64,000 nucleotides of DNA from an uncultured Prolixibacteraceae bacterium. Lineage in GTDB: Bacteria; Bacteroidota; Bacteroidia; Bacteroidales; FEN-979. The DNA lies in NCBI GenBank assembly GCA_964473485.1, contig CAYYPH010000001.1, forward strand, positions 477 through 64,476, read 5' to 3'. Below are positions 1 through 9,900 of the stretch, piece by piece; the first letter of the stretch is position 1; each line of letters starts with the position of its first letter. The translations under genes were made by a program, and so were the position numbers. The notes below the pieces were generated by a model that saw only the letters and a list, made by a program, of their open reading frames with translations, made no database searches and was not told the origin of the DNA.

Positions 1-68
1 TTTAACAAAGAAATCAGAAATTTTATAGTTGAAAAATTATACTCATTACTGCTTTCTTTGGCTGATAA

Positions 69-842
69 TTGGACCAGGGCTTCCAGGAAGGATGGACGCC
101 TAAGGGCAAAGCTGCCTTCACACCGGTTGAGATCATGCAGCGCCGGCATAAGATCGATCTTTCGTTTTATCCCGATGAAATTGTGGAAACCTGGCTGGGG
201 TTCCTGGCTGATGAATCCACCGACCGCAAAGTATGGCCGGTCATCCGGTACATCATCGAGCAGCTGATCCTTCCCAAGGTTCTGGATAACCGTGAACTCA
301 AGCTGATCGGTACCGGTGATTATGCAGCGCCGGTTGACGGCACCGCCCAGGCTGTCGGACTGTCGATGGACGGGTTTTGCACCATCCTCCGTGACAAACA
401 TACGGCTGGCACCTCCAGTATCAATTTCATTGACCTGGAAGTGCTAACCAAGGAGAATATCTTCGACCAGATTGAGCATTTCGGCAGAAGTGTCGATGAG
501 CTCTACATCAATCTTTCGATGAATGTCTTCCTTTCCCGCAAATGATACGCCGCTTACCATCGCAAGCGCCGCTACCTGCACGGGAAGGACACCAACTACA
601 CCGGCATGAAAGATGTGATCGAGGGGACCAACCTGACCCTGGTTCCTCTGCCCTCCATGACCGGTGAGAACATTATGTTCACAACCCCGAAGGAAAAGTT
701 TATCCGGCTGATCAACCGCAACAATTGCGCCTCGAACATTACGGTCGAGAGCATCGACCGCCAGATCAAGGTTTTCGCCGACTGGTGCGAGTCCGTCGGC
801 TTCGGTATCGAAGAAGCAGTATTTGCCAGCGTTCCGGTTTAA
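69..842 (+). pseudogene. Phage capsid-like structural gene remnant split by a single in-frame TGA
   Basis: ORFs 69..545 and 606..842 share a frame. Codons 546..605 have no stop, so one TGA (543..545) interrupts a 258-codon frame. The 5' end has only TTG 69 or ATG 135, preceded by AT-rich 1..68. The resemblance to P2-family major capsid C-terminal halves is from memory only. Confidence 0.4.
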
Positions 843-862
843 CCCAAAAAATCTGAAAGAAA

Positions 863-1525
863 ATGAGCATACCACTGTTTGACCTTTTCAAACCCACCGT
901 GCGGAATGCCGGTGGCGGCGGCGGGATAAAATCCGAGATCATCCTGATCATGGAGAGTGATATCGACTGGTCTGCATTCCCTGACCGGGATGTTGACGGA
1001 ATTACCATCACCACTGATATCCCGCTTGTGACCGGCAAGTTCATGCATAGTTTTTATATGACCCAGGGTACCATCAAGCCATCCCAGAAGAAGCTCAAAG
1101 GCTCCAACCAGGACTGTGGTGGTTACGAGATCGGGGTGGAAGGTTTCTATCCCGGCATTGAAAAAGCTGTGCAGAAATGGATCGCCAACTTCGGCATCGA
1201 CTTCAGGGGGATCGTCATCATCCAGAACTGTGCTTCGGCCAAGCGTTATCTGATCGGTGAACCCTGTAACCTGGTTCACCTGGAAACCCTTGAAACGACC
1301 TGGGGAGAAGAGATCGACAAGGACAAGGGGCACAAATTTGGTTTCTTGTGCAAGCAGGGATCGCCGATGGCCTTCTATGTAGTCGCTCTGTCATGGATCC
1401 CAATGCAACCGGCGGATAACAAAGAAGCTCTTGTAGAGTGTTTTCGTAAACGTGAGGTTAAAGCCTGCCGGAGAAATTCGGCGGGCTTTTGTATTTTGAT
1501 CTATTGGTTTTGTAATTGGTTGTAA
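863..1525 (+). CDS. Hypothetical phage-like (structural?) protein
   Basis: 220-aa ORF 21 nt after the capsid-like frame, with the same roughly 50% GC composition. No recognisable catalytic motif. A strong terminator hairpin lies in its last 65 nt. Confidence 0.45.
   Translation: MSIPLFDLFKPTVRNAGGGGGIKSEIILIMESDIDWSAFPDRDVDGITITTDIPLVTGKFMHSFYMTQGTIKPSQKKLKGSNQDCGGYEIGVEGFYPGIEKAVQKWIANFGIDFRGIVIIQNCASAKRYLIGEPCNLVHLETLETTWGEEIDKDKGHKFGFLCKQGSPMAFYVVALSWIPMQPADNKEALVECFRKREVKACRRNSAGFCILIYWFCNWL
1461..1498 (+). terminator. Rho-independent terminator
   Basis: aagcctgccg (1461..1470), loop gagaaatt, cggcgggctt (1479..1488). This gives a 10-bp stem with one G-U pair, followed by ttttgtatttt. 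Confidence 0.6.
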
Positions 1526-1610
1526 TTATTTGCTAATATTGTCACAATAAAAGCGGTAAATAACATCTCTATCTTCTTTATCTGTAGTTTATTCAAAGCA
1601 TGCAATTTAC

Positions 1611-2210
1611 ATGAACATAGAGCAATTCAAAGAAAGACTTATTAGTGAAGACCTAGATAGCATGCTTAATAGTATTTTATTAAGTCCAGATGCCGAACAT
1701 GTCGATCATAGTCAACAAGAGCATATAAAAAATAAATTGGCAACGAAATACAATGTTCCAATAGAACAAATAAATGTAATTGTCGTAGGTTCTGCTAAAC
1801 TTGGATTTTCCATCACAGAAAAAATACTTTTTGATGGCAGGACTTTACCTAGGTACCGGAAATTCAGCTTTTTTTCTGATATTGATTTGGCTATAATAAG
1901 TCCACCAATATTTGATAAAATATGGAATGAATTGACTAATTTTTCTCATCGTCAAGCTTATTTTCCTTGGACCTCAAGAAAACTTGGTGATTATTTGATA
2001 TGTGGTTGGTTGCGTCCTGATCATTTTCCAACTGGCACAAGTCTTCGCTATTGTGATGATTGGTGGGATATTTTTAGGGATTTAACAGCCAAAAGATTTT
2101 TTGGTAGGAGAAAAGTAAGAGGGGCGCTTTTTTATAACTTTGACCAATTAAAGAAATATCAAGCTCGATCTTATAAAGAATGCCTAGATATTGAAACAAG
2201 TAAAATATGA
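1611..2210 (+). CDS. Small Pol-beta-superfamily nucleotidyltransferase (199 aa)
   Basis: VVGSAKLGF...FFSDIDLAII fits the hG[GS]...D-x-D NTase signature, but with an unusually long 26-aa spacer. ATG start. The stop overlaps the next gene's start (ATGA at 2207..2210). Low GC. Confidence 0.55.
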   Translation: MNIEQFKERLISEDLDSMLNSILLSPDAEHVDHSQQEHIKNKLATKYNVPIEQINVIVVGSAKLGFSITEKILFDGRTLPRYRKFSFFSDIDLAIISPPIFDKIWNELTNFSHRQAYFPWTSRKLGDYLICGWLRPDHFPTGTSLRYCDDWWDIFRDLTAKRFFGRRKVRGALFYNFDQLKKYQARSYKECLDIETSKI

Positions 2211-3256
2211 AAACAGCCTCAACGAATAAAAAGATAAGAGAAATTATAACTTCAGTAAAAGAAGGCAAAATTATTCCTCGCCCCGAATTCCAAAGAAGGC
2301 TAATTTGGACTCGGGAGGACAAAAACAATTTCATAGATACAATAATCAGAGGCTACCCGTTTCCCGAAATATATCTAGCTGACGGCGATATCGATTTGGA
2401 TACTGGGGCTGGCTCCCAATTATTAGTTGATGGGCTACAAAGAGTCAATACGATATTTCAATATTTTACCGGAGATCCCGATTTAAAATTAACGACAGTA
2501 TCAAGTTACAACGATTTGGAACCGGACGAAAAGGGTAAATTCTTACAATATGATATTGCTATTAGAGATTTAGGATCAATATCAAAGGATGAAATTGTTG
2601 AGGTCTTTAGAAGGCTCAATGCCACAAAGTATTCATTAAATGACATTGAAATAAGTAATGCTGTATATGCAGGTGAATTGAAGAAGTTTGCTGATGAGTT
2701 TTCAAAACTTGATTTTTTTGAAAACAATAAGGTATTCAATGCAGCCGACTATAAGCGAATGGGAGACCTCAAATATTGCTTATCGATTATCTCAACTATG
2801 TTAATCGGGTACCATAATAGAGATGATGTTTTCGAGGAATTGCTTAAGAAGTATAATGACGATTTTAATTTAAAAACTGATATTTCTGAAAGAATTGATA
2901 AAGTCATCGATTTTATTATTGAATGTGGATTTCCAACCCAGTCAAGGTTATGGAAGAAAGCTGATTTATTCACAGTTTTTATTGAGATTGACACAGCATT
3001 AAATATAAAAAACGAAAAATTGCAACCAGGAATCGTTGTTGAATCAATTCAAACATTTTTTGATGGAATTGGAAATCAAATTGTTGAATCGTCATTAACT
3101 CACGCAACATATTACAAATCTGCCCTTCAAGCATCAAATGATAAATCAAATAGGTTGAAGCGAGGATTGATAATCGGAGAATTATTACTTGGGAAATCTA
3201 TTAAAGATATTGATGCAATTTTAATTTCAGAAGGAATTGAGCCTGAGGTGCAATAA
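2207..3256 (+). CDS. DUF262 (ParB-like, GmrSD N-terminal type) domain protein lacking DUF1524
   Basis: IPRPEFQRRLIWTREDKNNFIDTIIRGYPFPEIYLA...LVDGLQRVNTI is the canonical DUF262 signature. The helical C-terminal 230 aa has no (D/E)HxxP...N...N..K His-Me motif. Confidence 0.75.
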   Translation: MKTASTNKKIREIITSVKEGKIIPRPEFQRRLIWTREDKNNFIDTIIRGYPFPEIYLADGDIDLDTGAGSQLLVDGLQRVNTIFQYFTGDPDLKLTTVSSYNDLEPDEKGKFLQYDIAIRDLGSISKDEIVEVFRRLNATKYSLNDIEISNAVYAGELKKFADEFSKLDFFENNKVFNAADYKRMGDLKYCLSIISTMLIGYHNRDDVFEELLKKYNDDFNLKTDISERIDKVIDFIIECGFPTQSRLWKKADLFTVFIEIDTALNIKNEKLQPGIVVESIQTFFDGIGNQIVESSLTHATYYKSALQASNDKSNRLKRGLIIGELLLGKSIKDIDAILISEGIEPEVQ

Positions 3257-3302
3257 ATAACCTGTTCTTTCTCCCCTGCAATTGCAGCCCTACTTTCGCT
3301 GC

Positions 3303-3953
3303 ATGGATCACGAAATCTTCTCCTGGCTCAATTCTCAGCAGGATTATTCTTCAGGACTTCAATTATTTGACCGATACGGCAAAAACTTCAACCTTGCCCG
3401 TATCTTGCGTGTCGGGGGAGCAACCGGAAGCAACCGGAAAACCCTTGCCTATGAGTTGGGCAAGCTTGTCCAGTACCTGCGTGATGTAACACAAATACCT
3501 GCAATTGCAGCATTACCTGACAAACACCAAGAAAACGAATACCTCCCGGGGATTACCCGCATCGGGGATTTGAAATCAGAGCAGAAGATGCTCTACAAGA
3601 TGCTGGATAATCTCCATGCCGTGCTTGAATTCAGGCCGGTTCAGGAACGGAAAAAGATCGCTTTTCATATCCTTGACCTGGATGATCAGCTCAAGGAACT
3701 GAACGATAGGACTGCTCATTATGAGAAACATGGCGTGATTCCTGTATTGCCTGTCACGGATGAAAAAAAGAAAATCTCCGAGCTCAACGCAGTTGAGCTA
3801 ATCCAGTGGCAGAATAACGTCCGAACCTACGTCGCCAGGTACAAAAGACTGGTAGCCGGTTCTAAAACTCCCAAGGCTCTTTCCCGTAATCAGCAGCTCC
3901 TTTTGCAGTACCAGCAGGAACTGGAAGAAATCACCAAACGACTTCAAGGATGA
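3303..3953 (+). CDS. Hypothetical protein (phage/mobile-element context)
   Basis: ORF 3282..3953 with the first ATG at 3303. GC returns to about 50%. Its stop overlaps the next ATG (ATGA at 3950). Confidence 0.45.
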   Translation: MDHEIFSWLNSQQDYSSGLQLFDRYGKNFNLARILRVGGATGSNRKTLAYELGKLVQYLRDVTQIPAIAALPDKHQENEYLPGITRIGDLKSEQKMLYKMLDNLHAVLEFRPVQERKKIAFHILDLDDQLKELNDRTAHYEKHGVIPVLPVTDEKKKISELNAVELIQWQNNVRTYVARYKRLVAGSKTPKALSRNQQLLLQYQQELEEITKRLQG

Positions 3954-4171
3954 GCTTGTTTTCGACAGACGACCTGCAAAAGAAGAGGGTCAACAGATCG
4001 AAATCCGGATCTGTCGCATCTGAGGGTAAAAAATTGCTGGCCATTGGCAAGGCAAACCAGAAGCTTCAGGAAGTCTTTGGCAAGGTTGTCCAGGGTCAAT
4101 CCGTGCATTATGCCTCCCTAGGGGACTGGTCCACCCATGACCTTCTTTTCTTTTTATTGGATCAAACGTAA
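3950..4171 (+). pseudogene. Truncated hypothetical gene (N-terminal 73 codons only)
   Basis: Translationally coupled to the previous ORF. It ends abruptly just before the IS-like fragment, and its composition matches the phage-like block. Confidence 0.3.
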
Positions 4172-4234
4172 GCCTACGGCCACGAGCATCTTTTCTGGCT
4201 AACCAACTGTACGCAAATTGCGTTCAAAAAAGCC

Positions 4235-4437
4235 ATGACCATTCAGGAGAGAAACAGCAAGATGGCGGCCATCGTAAAGAACTGGGTTGAAAGCGGGCTC
4301 ACCCAGGTTGAATTTGCCCGGAACCATAATACTAAACTGGCCACATTGCGATATTGGATTGCCAAAAACAGGAAGGCATCTGAACACCATCCTTTATTCA
4401 GATCAACGGCCCGGTACCCTCGGGCATCCACGCTCCT
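4235..4437 (+). mobile_element. IS66-family Orf1/TnpA-like HTH fragment (decayed)
   Basis: MAAIVKNWVESGLTQVEFARNHNTKLATLRYWIAKNRK is a typical IS66 accessory-protein HTH. Sense continues only after a frame change near 4390 (SFIQINGPVPSGIH in the neighbouring frame). No transposase body follows. Confidence 0.45.
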
Positions 4438-4848
4438 TTGCCCAATATCGATGAGAATTTCAAGAACCTTCAATATCTTGGTTTTGAATTTAATGGCCAA
4501 AATATTTACATTAGACCGTCAAGTTTGTCCAGATATTTCAGAAAAATGAAAGCGGGAATCTTTAAGACTGTATCAATGGCTTATAGTCCTAATTCAAAAT
4601 CGCATAATATTTTTAAACAAAGGCTTTTCAGTAAATATTCTCATTTTGGGAGAAGAAATTTTATTTCCTATGCGAAGAACGCAGCGAGGAAGTATTATAA
4701 AAACTCATTGGGTGAAATAAAAGAAGGGATGAACTCCCCCAGCATAAGCAGGCAAATATCCGCACACATGAGAATATTGACTCAAGAACTTGAAAAGACA
4801 AGTGCGCAGCGTGCAAAAACCAAAAGTGTCACCAAGTTGAAAAACTGA
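4438..4848 (+). pseudogene. Reverse transcriptase C-terminal (thumb-region) remnant
   Basis: NLQYLGFEFNGQNIYIRPSSLSRYFRKMK matches the conserved YLGF block that follows the RT palm in Abi/DRT/retron-type RTs. No RT motifs 1-5 lie upstream. Non-ATG start and low GC. Confidence 0.5.
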
Positions 4849-4895
4849 ACTGATGCTTCTGATAAATGAGTTAGCCAGGTTAAAAAGTAGTACAG

Positions 4896-6989
4896 CTAAA
4901 TTTGTATTATCTCCGCCCTCGTCCCCGTTCCTGTAATTTCAACCTTCTGCATTGCCCTGGTAATAGCAACATAAATGAGCGCCCGCTCCGTAAGAAGATG
5001 TTCCTCTTGGTGATATAGCTCGGATTGATTGAATGATTTGGGTAAAAATGGAGCTGTACGGTAGTTTACATCAGCCAGGATAACAATCTTAAATTCCAGC
5101 TCTTTAAGACTATGAAAGGTCGAAAGGTTAATCCCTCCCGGTGATCCGCTCTGGGAGGTAAGGTCGAAATAGGGGAGGGTGCATTGATGGAGAGCGGATT
5201 TTATCTCCCGGAGTGAGTCCTTGAGCCGGGTTGCAACAGCGATATCACTATATGAGAGCCCAAGGTTGACGTTTTCTTTGATGACTTTGATTATGTATGC
5301 AAGTTCTTCTGCTTTGGTAGTGAACAGGTGATATTTTGGTTTTTCTCCATGAAACAGTGAAAGGTACCCATCCATCTTTTCAGCCTCACCTTCAAAGTTG
5401 TCGTAGGAATAATCCCTGACAGTGCTAATTGCCAATCGTTTAATTTCCTCTGTGGTTCTGTAATTAATTCGCAGTCTTTTGCTCCTTGTACCGCGGATAT
5501 TGATACCAGCCGATGAAAAATTGATCTTCCGCCGGAAAATCCTTTGATAAGGGTCACCCACCAGGAACATGTCATCGCTCTTTTCTTCTACCAGCGAACG
5601 GATAAAGCGCAACTCAACATTGGAAAAATCCTGTATTTCATCAACAATTATATGGGAAAATGGCTTTGACTCTTGCGTTTGATAATAAGTTGAAAGATTA
5701 TTGAAGAGTTCGGCCCTGTCCAGGAAATTTTCTTTTCTCTTTTTAACAATATAAGCCTCAATGGCTTTCCAAACTTCAATGCGTTGTTTACGGGTAATGG
5801 CCTTGCCCCGACCGATGCGGGATTGTTTTAAATACGCATCCAACGCCAGGATGCCATTGTAAAGGATTACTTCCTGGTATTCTGAATGTAGAAATGAAGC
5901 ATCAAACGGACAAAGCGTTTGCTCAAGCACTTCATCCCACAATTCAAGACTCGATTTGGAATTCGGGAAATCAAGAAATCGTGATCCTTGTGAGATTTTG
6001 CCTGTCGCTTTAGCCAAATCCCGTGCGAGCATATCTATATTTACAAGGCGGTAGAGGTTTGAGGGAATTCCCATTCCTGCAATAAGTTTTCCCAGGTTTG
6101 CAGTCAGCGCGGTGGTATAGGTGGCAAAAAGAATGGGTTGAGAGGCCGGGATTGTTTTTTCAGTCGCAAGGAACTTCAAACGATGCAAGGCTGCTACAGT
6201 CTTTCCGGTACCACCCCCCCCGGTAACTTTAACAGGTCCCCTGAAAAGCCCTTCCACAAGTTTACGTTGCGAAGGATGCAGAAATACCTGCCACTTTTTC
6301 AGGTCTCCATGTATCAATTCTTCCAGCAGCTTATCTTCTGCCACCACGAAACTTCGTTGGTTATTGATGCTTTGAACCTGCTCTTCATAGGTTGCAGATT
6401 TCACTTTTCCTTCTTCAATTTCAAAGATCAGGTTGTCGATGTTTGCTCCGTCGGCCAGGTAAAAAAGATTTTCAAAGGCATCCTCCGGCAGGTTTTTCTC
6501 AATATTTTCAAGGTCATCCAGGCTTGTGACATTTCTGACCAAACTCAGGGAAACAGGTGGCACTCCAATCGCCATCAATTGTTCATCTGATAGCTGACTA
6601 TATATATCAGACTCCCTGAAAGCTGGTATTGCCGACGGTGAAGGCATGGGTGAAACAGGAGGTGCAGTAAAAATCTGCACTACCTGCGTGTTGTCATTCC
6701 AGGTGATCATTTTATTTTGTGCCCAATCCATGGCCTCATCATGGGTATCGACCCAAAGCAGGAAATAGTCGTCCCCGGTTTCAGGAACCTTTATAATTGC
6801 CCGGTACTTATCATCAATGCGGGCTGTTCTTAGCGATTGATCGATAAAGGTCTTAATGGGTTCAAGATGGATTGCCTGGGAGCGTGAATTTTCCCGGAAT
6901 TTCCGCTGGAAGTCCAACACTTTATTCTGAATCGATTTTGGCAGGTCGATGAATTTTTCGAAAAATTTATCGTACAAAAACAATCTCAT
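4896..6989 (-). CDS. UvrD/Rep-type SF1 DNA helicase with about 100-aa N-terminal accessory domain
   Basis: Motif I VTGGGGTGKT, II IIVDEIQDF, III LVGDPYQRIF, IV LRINYRTTEEI, V TFHSLKELEFKIVIL, VI LIYVAITRA. The start overlaps the stop of the upstream gene by 4 nt. Confidence 0.85.
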   Translation of the reverse strand: MRLFLYDKFFEKFIDLPKSIQNKVLDFQRKFRENSRSQAIHLEPIKTFIDQSLRTARIDDKYRAIIKVPETGDDYFLLWVDTHDEAMDWAQNKMITWNDNTQVVQIFTAPPVSPMPSPSAIPAFRESDIYSQLSDEQLMAIGVPPVSLSLVRNVTSLDDLENIEKNLPEDAFENLFYLADGANIDNLIFEIEEGKVKSATYEEQVQSINNQRSFVVAEDKLLEELIHGDLKKWQVFLHPSQRKLVEGLFRGPVKVTGGGGTGKTVAALHRLKFLATEKTIPASQPILFATYTTALTANLGKLIAGMGIPSNLYRLVNIDMLARDLAKATGKISQGSRFLDFPNSKSSLELWDEVLEQTLCPFDASFLHSEYQEVILYNGILALDAYLKQSRIGRGKAITRKQRIEVWKAIEAYIVKKRKENFLDRAELFNNLSTYYQTQESKPFSHIIVDEIQDFSNVELRFIRSLVEEKSDDMFLVGDPYQRIFRRKINFSSAGINIRGTRSKRLRINYRTTEEIKRLAISTVRDYSYDNFEGEAEKMDGYLSLFHGEKPKYHLFTTKAEELAYIIKVIKENVNLGLSYSDIAVATRLKDSLREIKSALHQCTLPYFDLTSQSGSPGGINLSTFHSLKELEFKIVILADVNYRTAPFLPKSFNQSELYHQEEHLLTERALIYVAITRAMQKVEITGTGTRAEIIQI

Positions 6990-9900
6990 AAGCCAATCAT
7001 GTTAAGTGTAAAATTTACCGGATCAACGCACTTAAATCCTGCATTCTCAAATGCTTTTTTGTCAAGGTCAGAAATGGGGCTGATAACAATCCTTGCATTG
7101 GTGAACCCGATGGCCGCTTCCGCTACAACTCCATTTTCGTCCTCCAGAAAATAGCTTCCTTCGTGATTGAATTGAACATCGTTTGCAATGAGCAGCTTTA
7201 CGATCGGATGCAATTCGGGATCAAAATAGTCAAATACCTCCCCATCTTCATTTTCTTTTTCTTCGCCTGGCTTCTTTCCTTCACTTGTTGCAGTAAACAA
7301 TATCCTGCAAGATTCCTGCACCAGATTGTAAACCCGCCATAAATGTTGCCATTCTTCCTTATCAAGTCCGTTCTCAGGAATTTCCCTGATCAGGATCGTT
7401 GATTTGAAATTCAGGTCTCGCAGCCTGATGAGTAATCGTGCATCATACAAACTGGTTTCCGAGATGGCTTGAGAAATCATGCAAAAGTCTCCTTTTGCCT
7501 TTTCAGAAACTTCATGGTTGGGATCAATCGGTATCTTAAGGGCAAGGATATCTTCAGCCTCTTCATTTGAAAACGATGGTCTGGCAAGGATTTCCTGGAA
7601 TAACGCAAAAAACAGAGCAATTTTGTACCTGTTTTGATCTGTTTCTAAAGGATGTGTTAGTTGCCAGAGTAATCGCCCCATTGAATTTCCGGTTTCAATC
7701 AGATCACTGTTATGCTTGATCCAATGAGGGGTTCGCCCAAGCGCCTGAATCGTATTCCTGAATCTTGAACGATCAAGTGATAGCGTATCTTTCTCTTCCT
7801 TGTCAAATAGCTCCAGGTCATCCCAGGTAAGGGTCCAGGTTAATTTATCTGCTGATTCAACGATGGCCATGCGACGTTGTAAATCAGTCAGGAATCGCTG
7901 ATTCTCTTTCGATGCATGGTAGGTATATCCATCGAGATATACTGCAATTCGTTTTACCGATTCTGCGATTTCGGGATCCTCCACCGTGAATCCATTGTGC
8001 TGTATGCCGGTACATGAAATATAGAAATCCGATACCGTCTGGTACCTCACCCCCTGAGCGGTGCCGAGAGCTACCTGGGGCCGTATCATGTAGTTGAATT
8101 TGTAAGCTTCATTTACTACCGTAAGCATGTATGTAAGTATTCCGTCATCCACAAACTCTTCAAATTGCCATCCGTACGAACTCATCTTCGCCGATGTATT
8201 CCGTAAACTTCGGATAAACCGCTCTTCGAGCTCACTCTCCTCTATCTTTCCTGTACCGGAGAGTGTACTTAATCCATGGCTTAAAACTTCCCATGCTTCA
8301 GCATTGCTGACCAGTTTTTCAAAGAATTTCTCTGCCCGGCTGCGGCTCAACGCTTCTCTTAAATACTGGTTGGAATATGAAAAAATACACCGGTAACATC
8401 CATCCATCCCCTGATGCTGGCATGAACACTCCTTGATTGCCTTATAGGCGAAACGGATAAGTTGTGTAAATTCGGCCGGGTCGAATAGTTTTCCCAAATA
8501 TCCCGTCCCACCGGGTATTTTATCATAAAGTATCAGAAACCTGTCGAATCGGTTGTTTTGCGGGTTAAATTCCGAATAGCTTATCATCCTGATGTGTTCC
8601 GGGTTCCCCTGGTAGTACTTTTTCAAACCGAGTTCAAGCCCGGCTTTGAACATATTGATGGTGGCATCGTTGTCAAACTCCTGTACCGGAAGCAGCACTT
8701 TCAATACTTCCGTTTTTATACTTCGGAAGAGAAAAACCTCCTCGAACACTTCGTCCGGTTGATCATTATACTCATGATCCTTATGTTTGCAGTAACCGTA
8801 ATGAAACTTTACATCCTTACTCTTTGGTGAAGAGGTGGATTTTCCGCAATACCGGCAGGTGACAAAACCTGAGGCGGGAATCTCTTCAAGCTGGTTGATG
8901 GAGAGTTTCCGCGCATTGTATGCATCGAGCCGGCCCAGGTTAACTTCAGTGATTTCAACGGACTTAACATATTCAATCCCAAAGGGAATGTTTTTCATAC
9001 CCCAGGCTCCCTGGAACGTGTTCCTGTCAAAATTAAGATGCGTCGAAAGAACATACCGGCTGCTATCACGATCTTCGTTGCTGTCGTCGAGAATTGACTT
9101 ATCGCGGATATTAACTGACTTTACCGCATTCAGTTTAACAAATTTGTGTTCGTTTGACACGGAGGACCAGGACGAGTGCCCGCATTTTGGGCAGGTATTC
9201 TCTGAAACCATCGGTTTGTCGGCAAGGTGATCGCAATGGGAACAAAACCGTTTCGTCAGAAGGATCGAAGGATCATGCCAGTCATACGTATTAAGTCCTG
9301 ATATCGTTAATTTGTTGCCCTGGGAGTAGAAGAAGTTATCGGGCGCCAGTTCCCGGATTGCCACTTCGGCGGAGCGGACTATTTCAACCTGTTCGTCAGC
9401 AGGGGGGACGGCGCTTCCTTTTGCCTGGTATCCTTTCACCCATGCATTTAAAGTAACCCCCGTTTCGGGGAACGCATAGTTCGGAAGCAGTCCCGTATTT
9501 GTAAGATGCTCGAGTACTGACCTACGGTCGATTAACCTTTTAAGTCCCCACAATGCCTTCTTCTCCGCTTCCAGTTCCTTTCTTTCATCATCATTTGCCC
9601 CAAGGTGTTTCTCCTTGATGATTTTATCGATCTCCTTTCTCTTTAAATCAATGGTTCTGTACTCATCCTTCAATTTTTCAAAAACCCTCCGCAATCTGAA
9701 ATAAAAGCTCTCATCCCTAAGTTGATTTTCGATGCTATCCAGCACCTCCGGTTGAACTTCATGGATAAAGATCGTCCTGAATCTTTGAATTAAGGCGACT
9801 TCATGGGCCTTGATAAAACTGATGATTCTGTTGATGAGAAATCCGGATGAACTGATATCCGTGTTATAGATACGGAGTGCGATCAGCCGGCCGGGGATGG

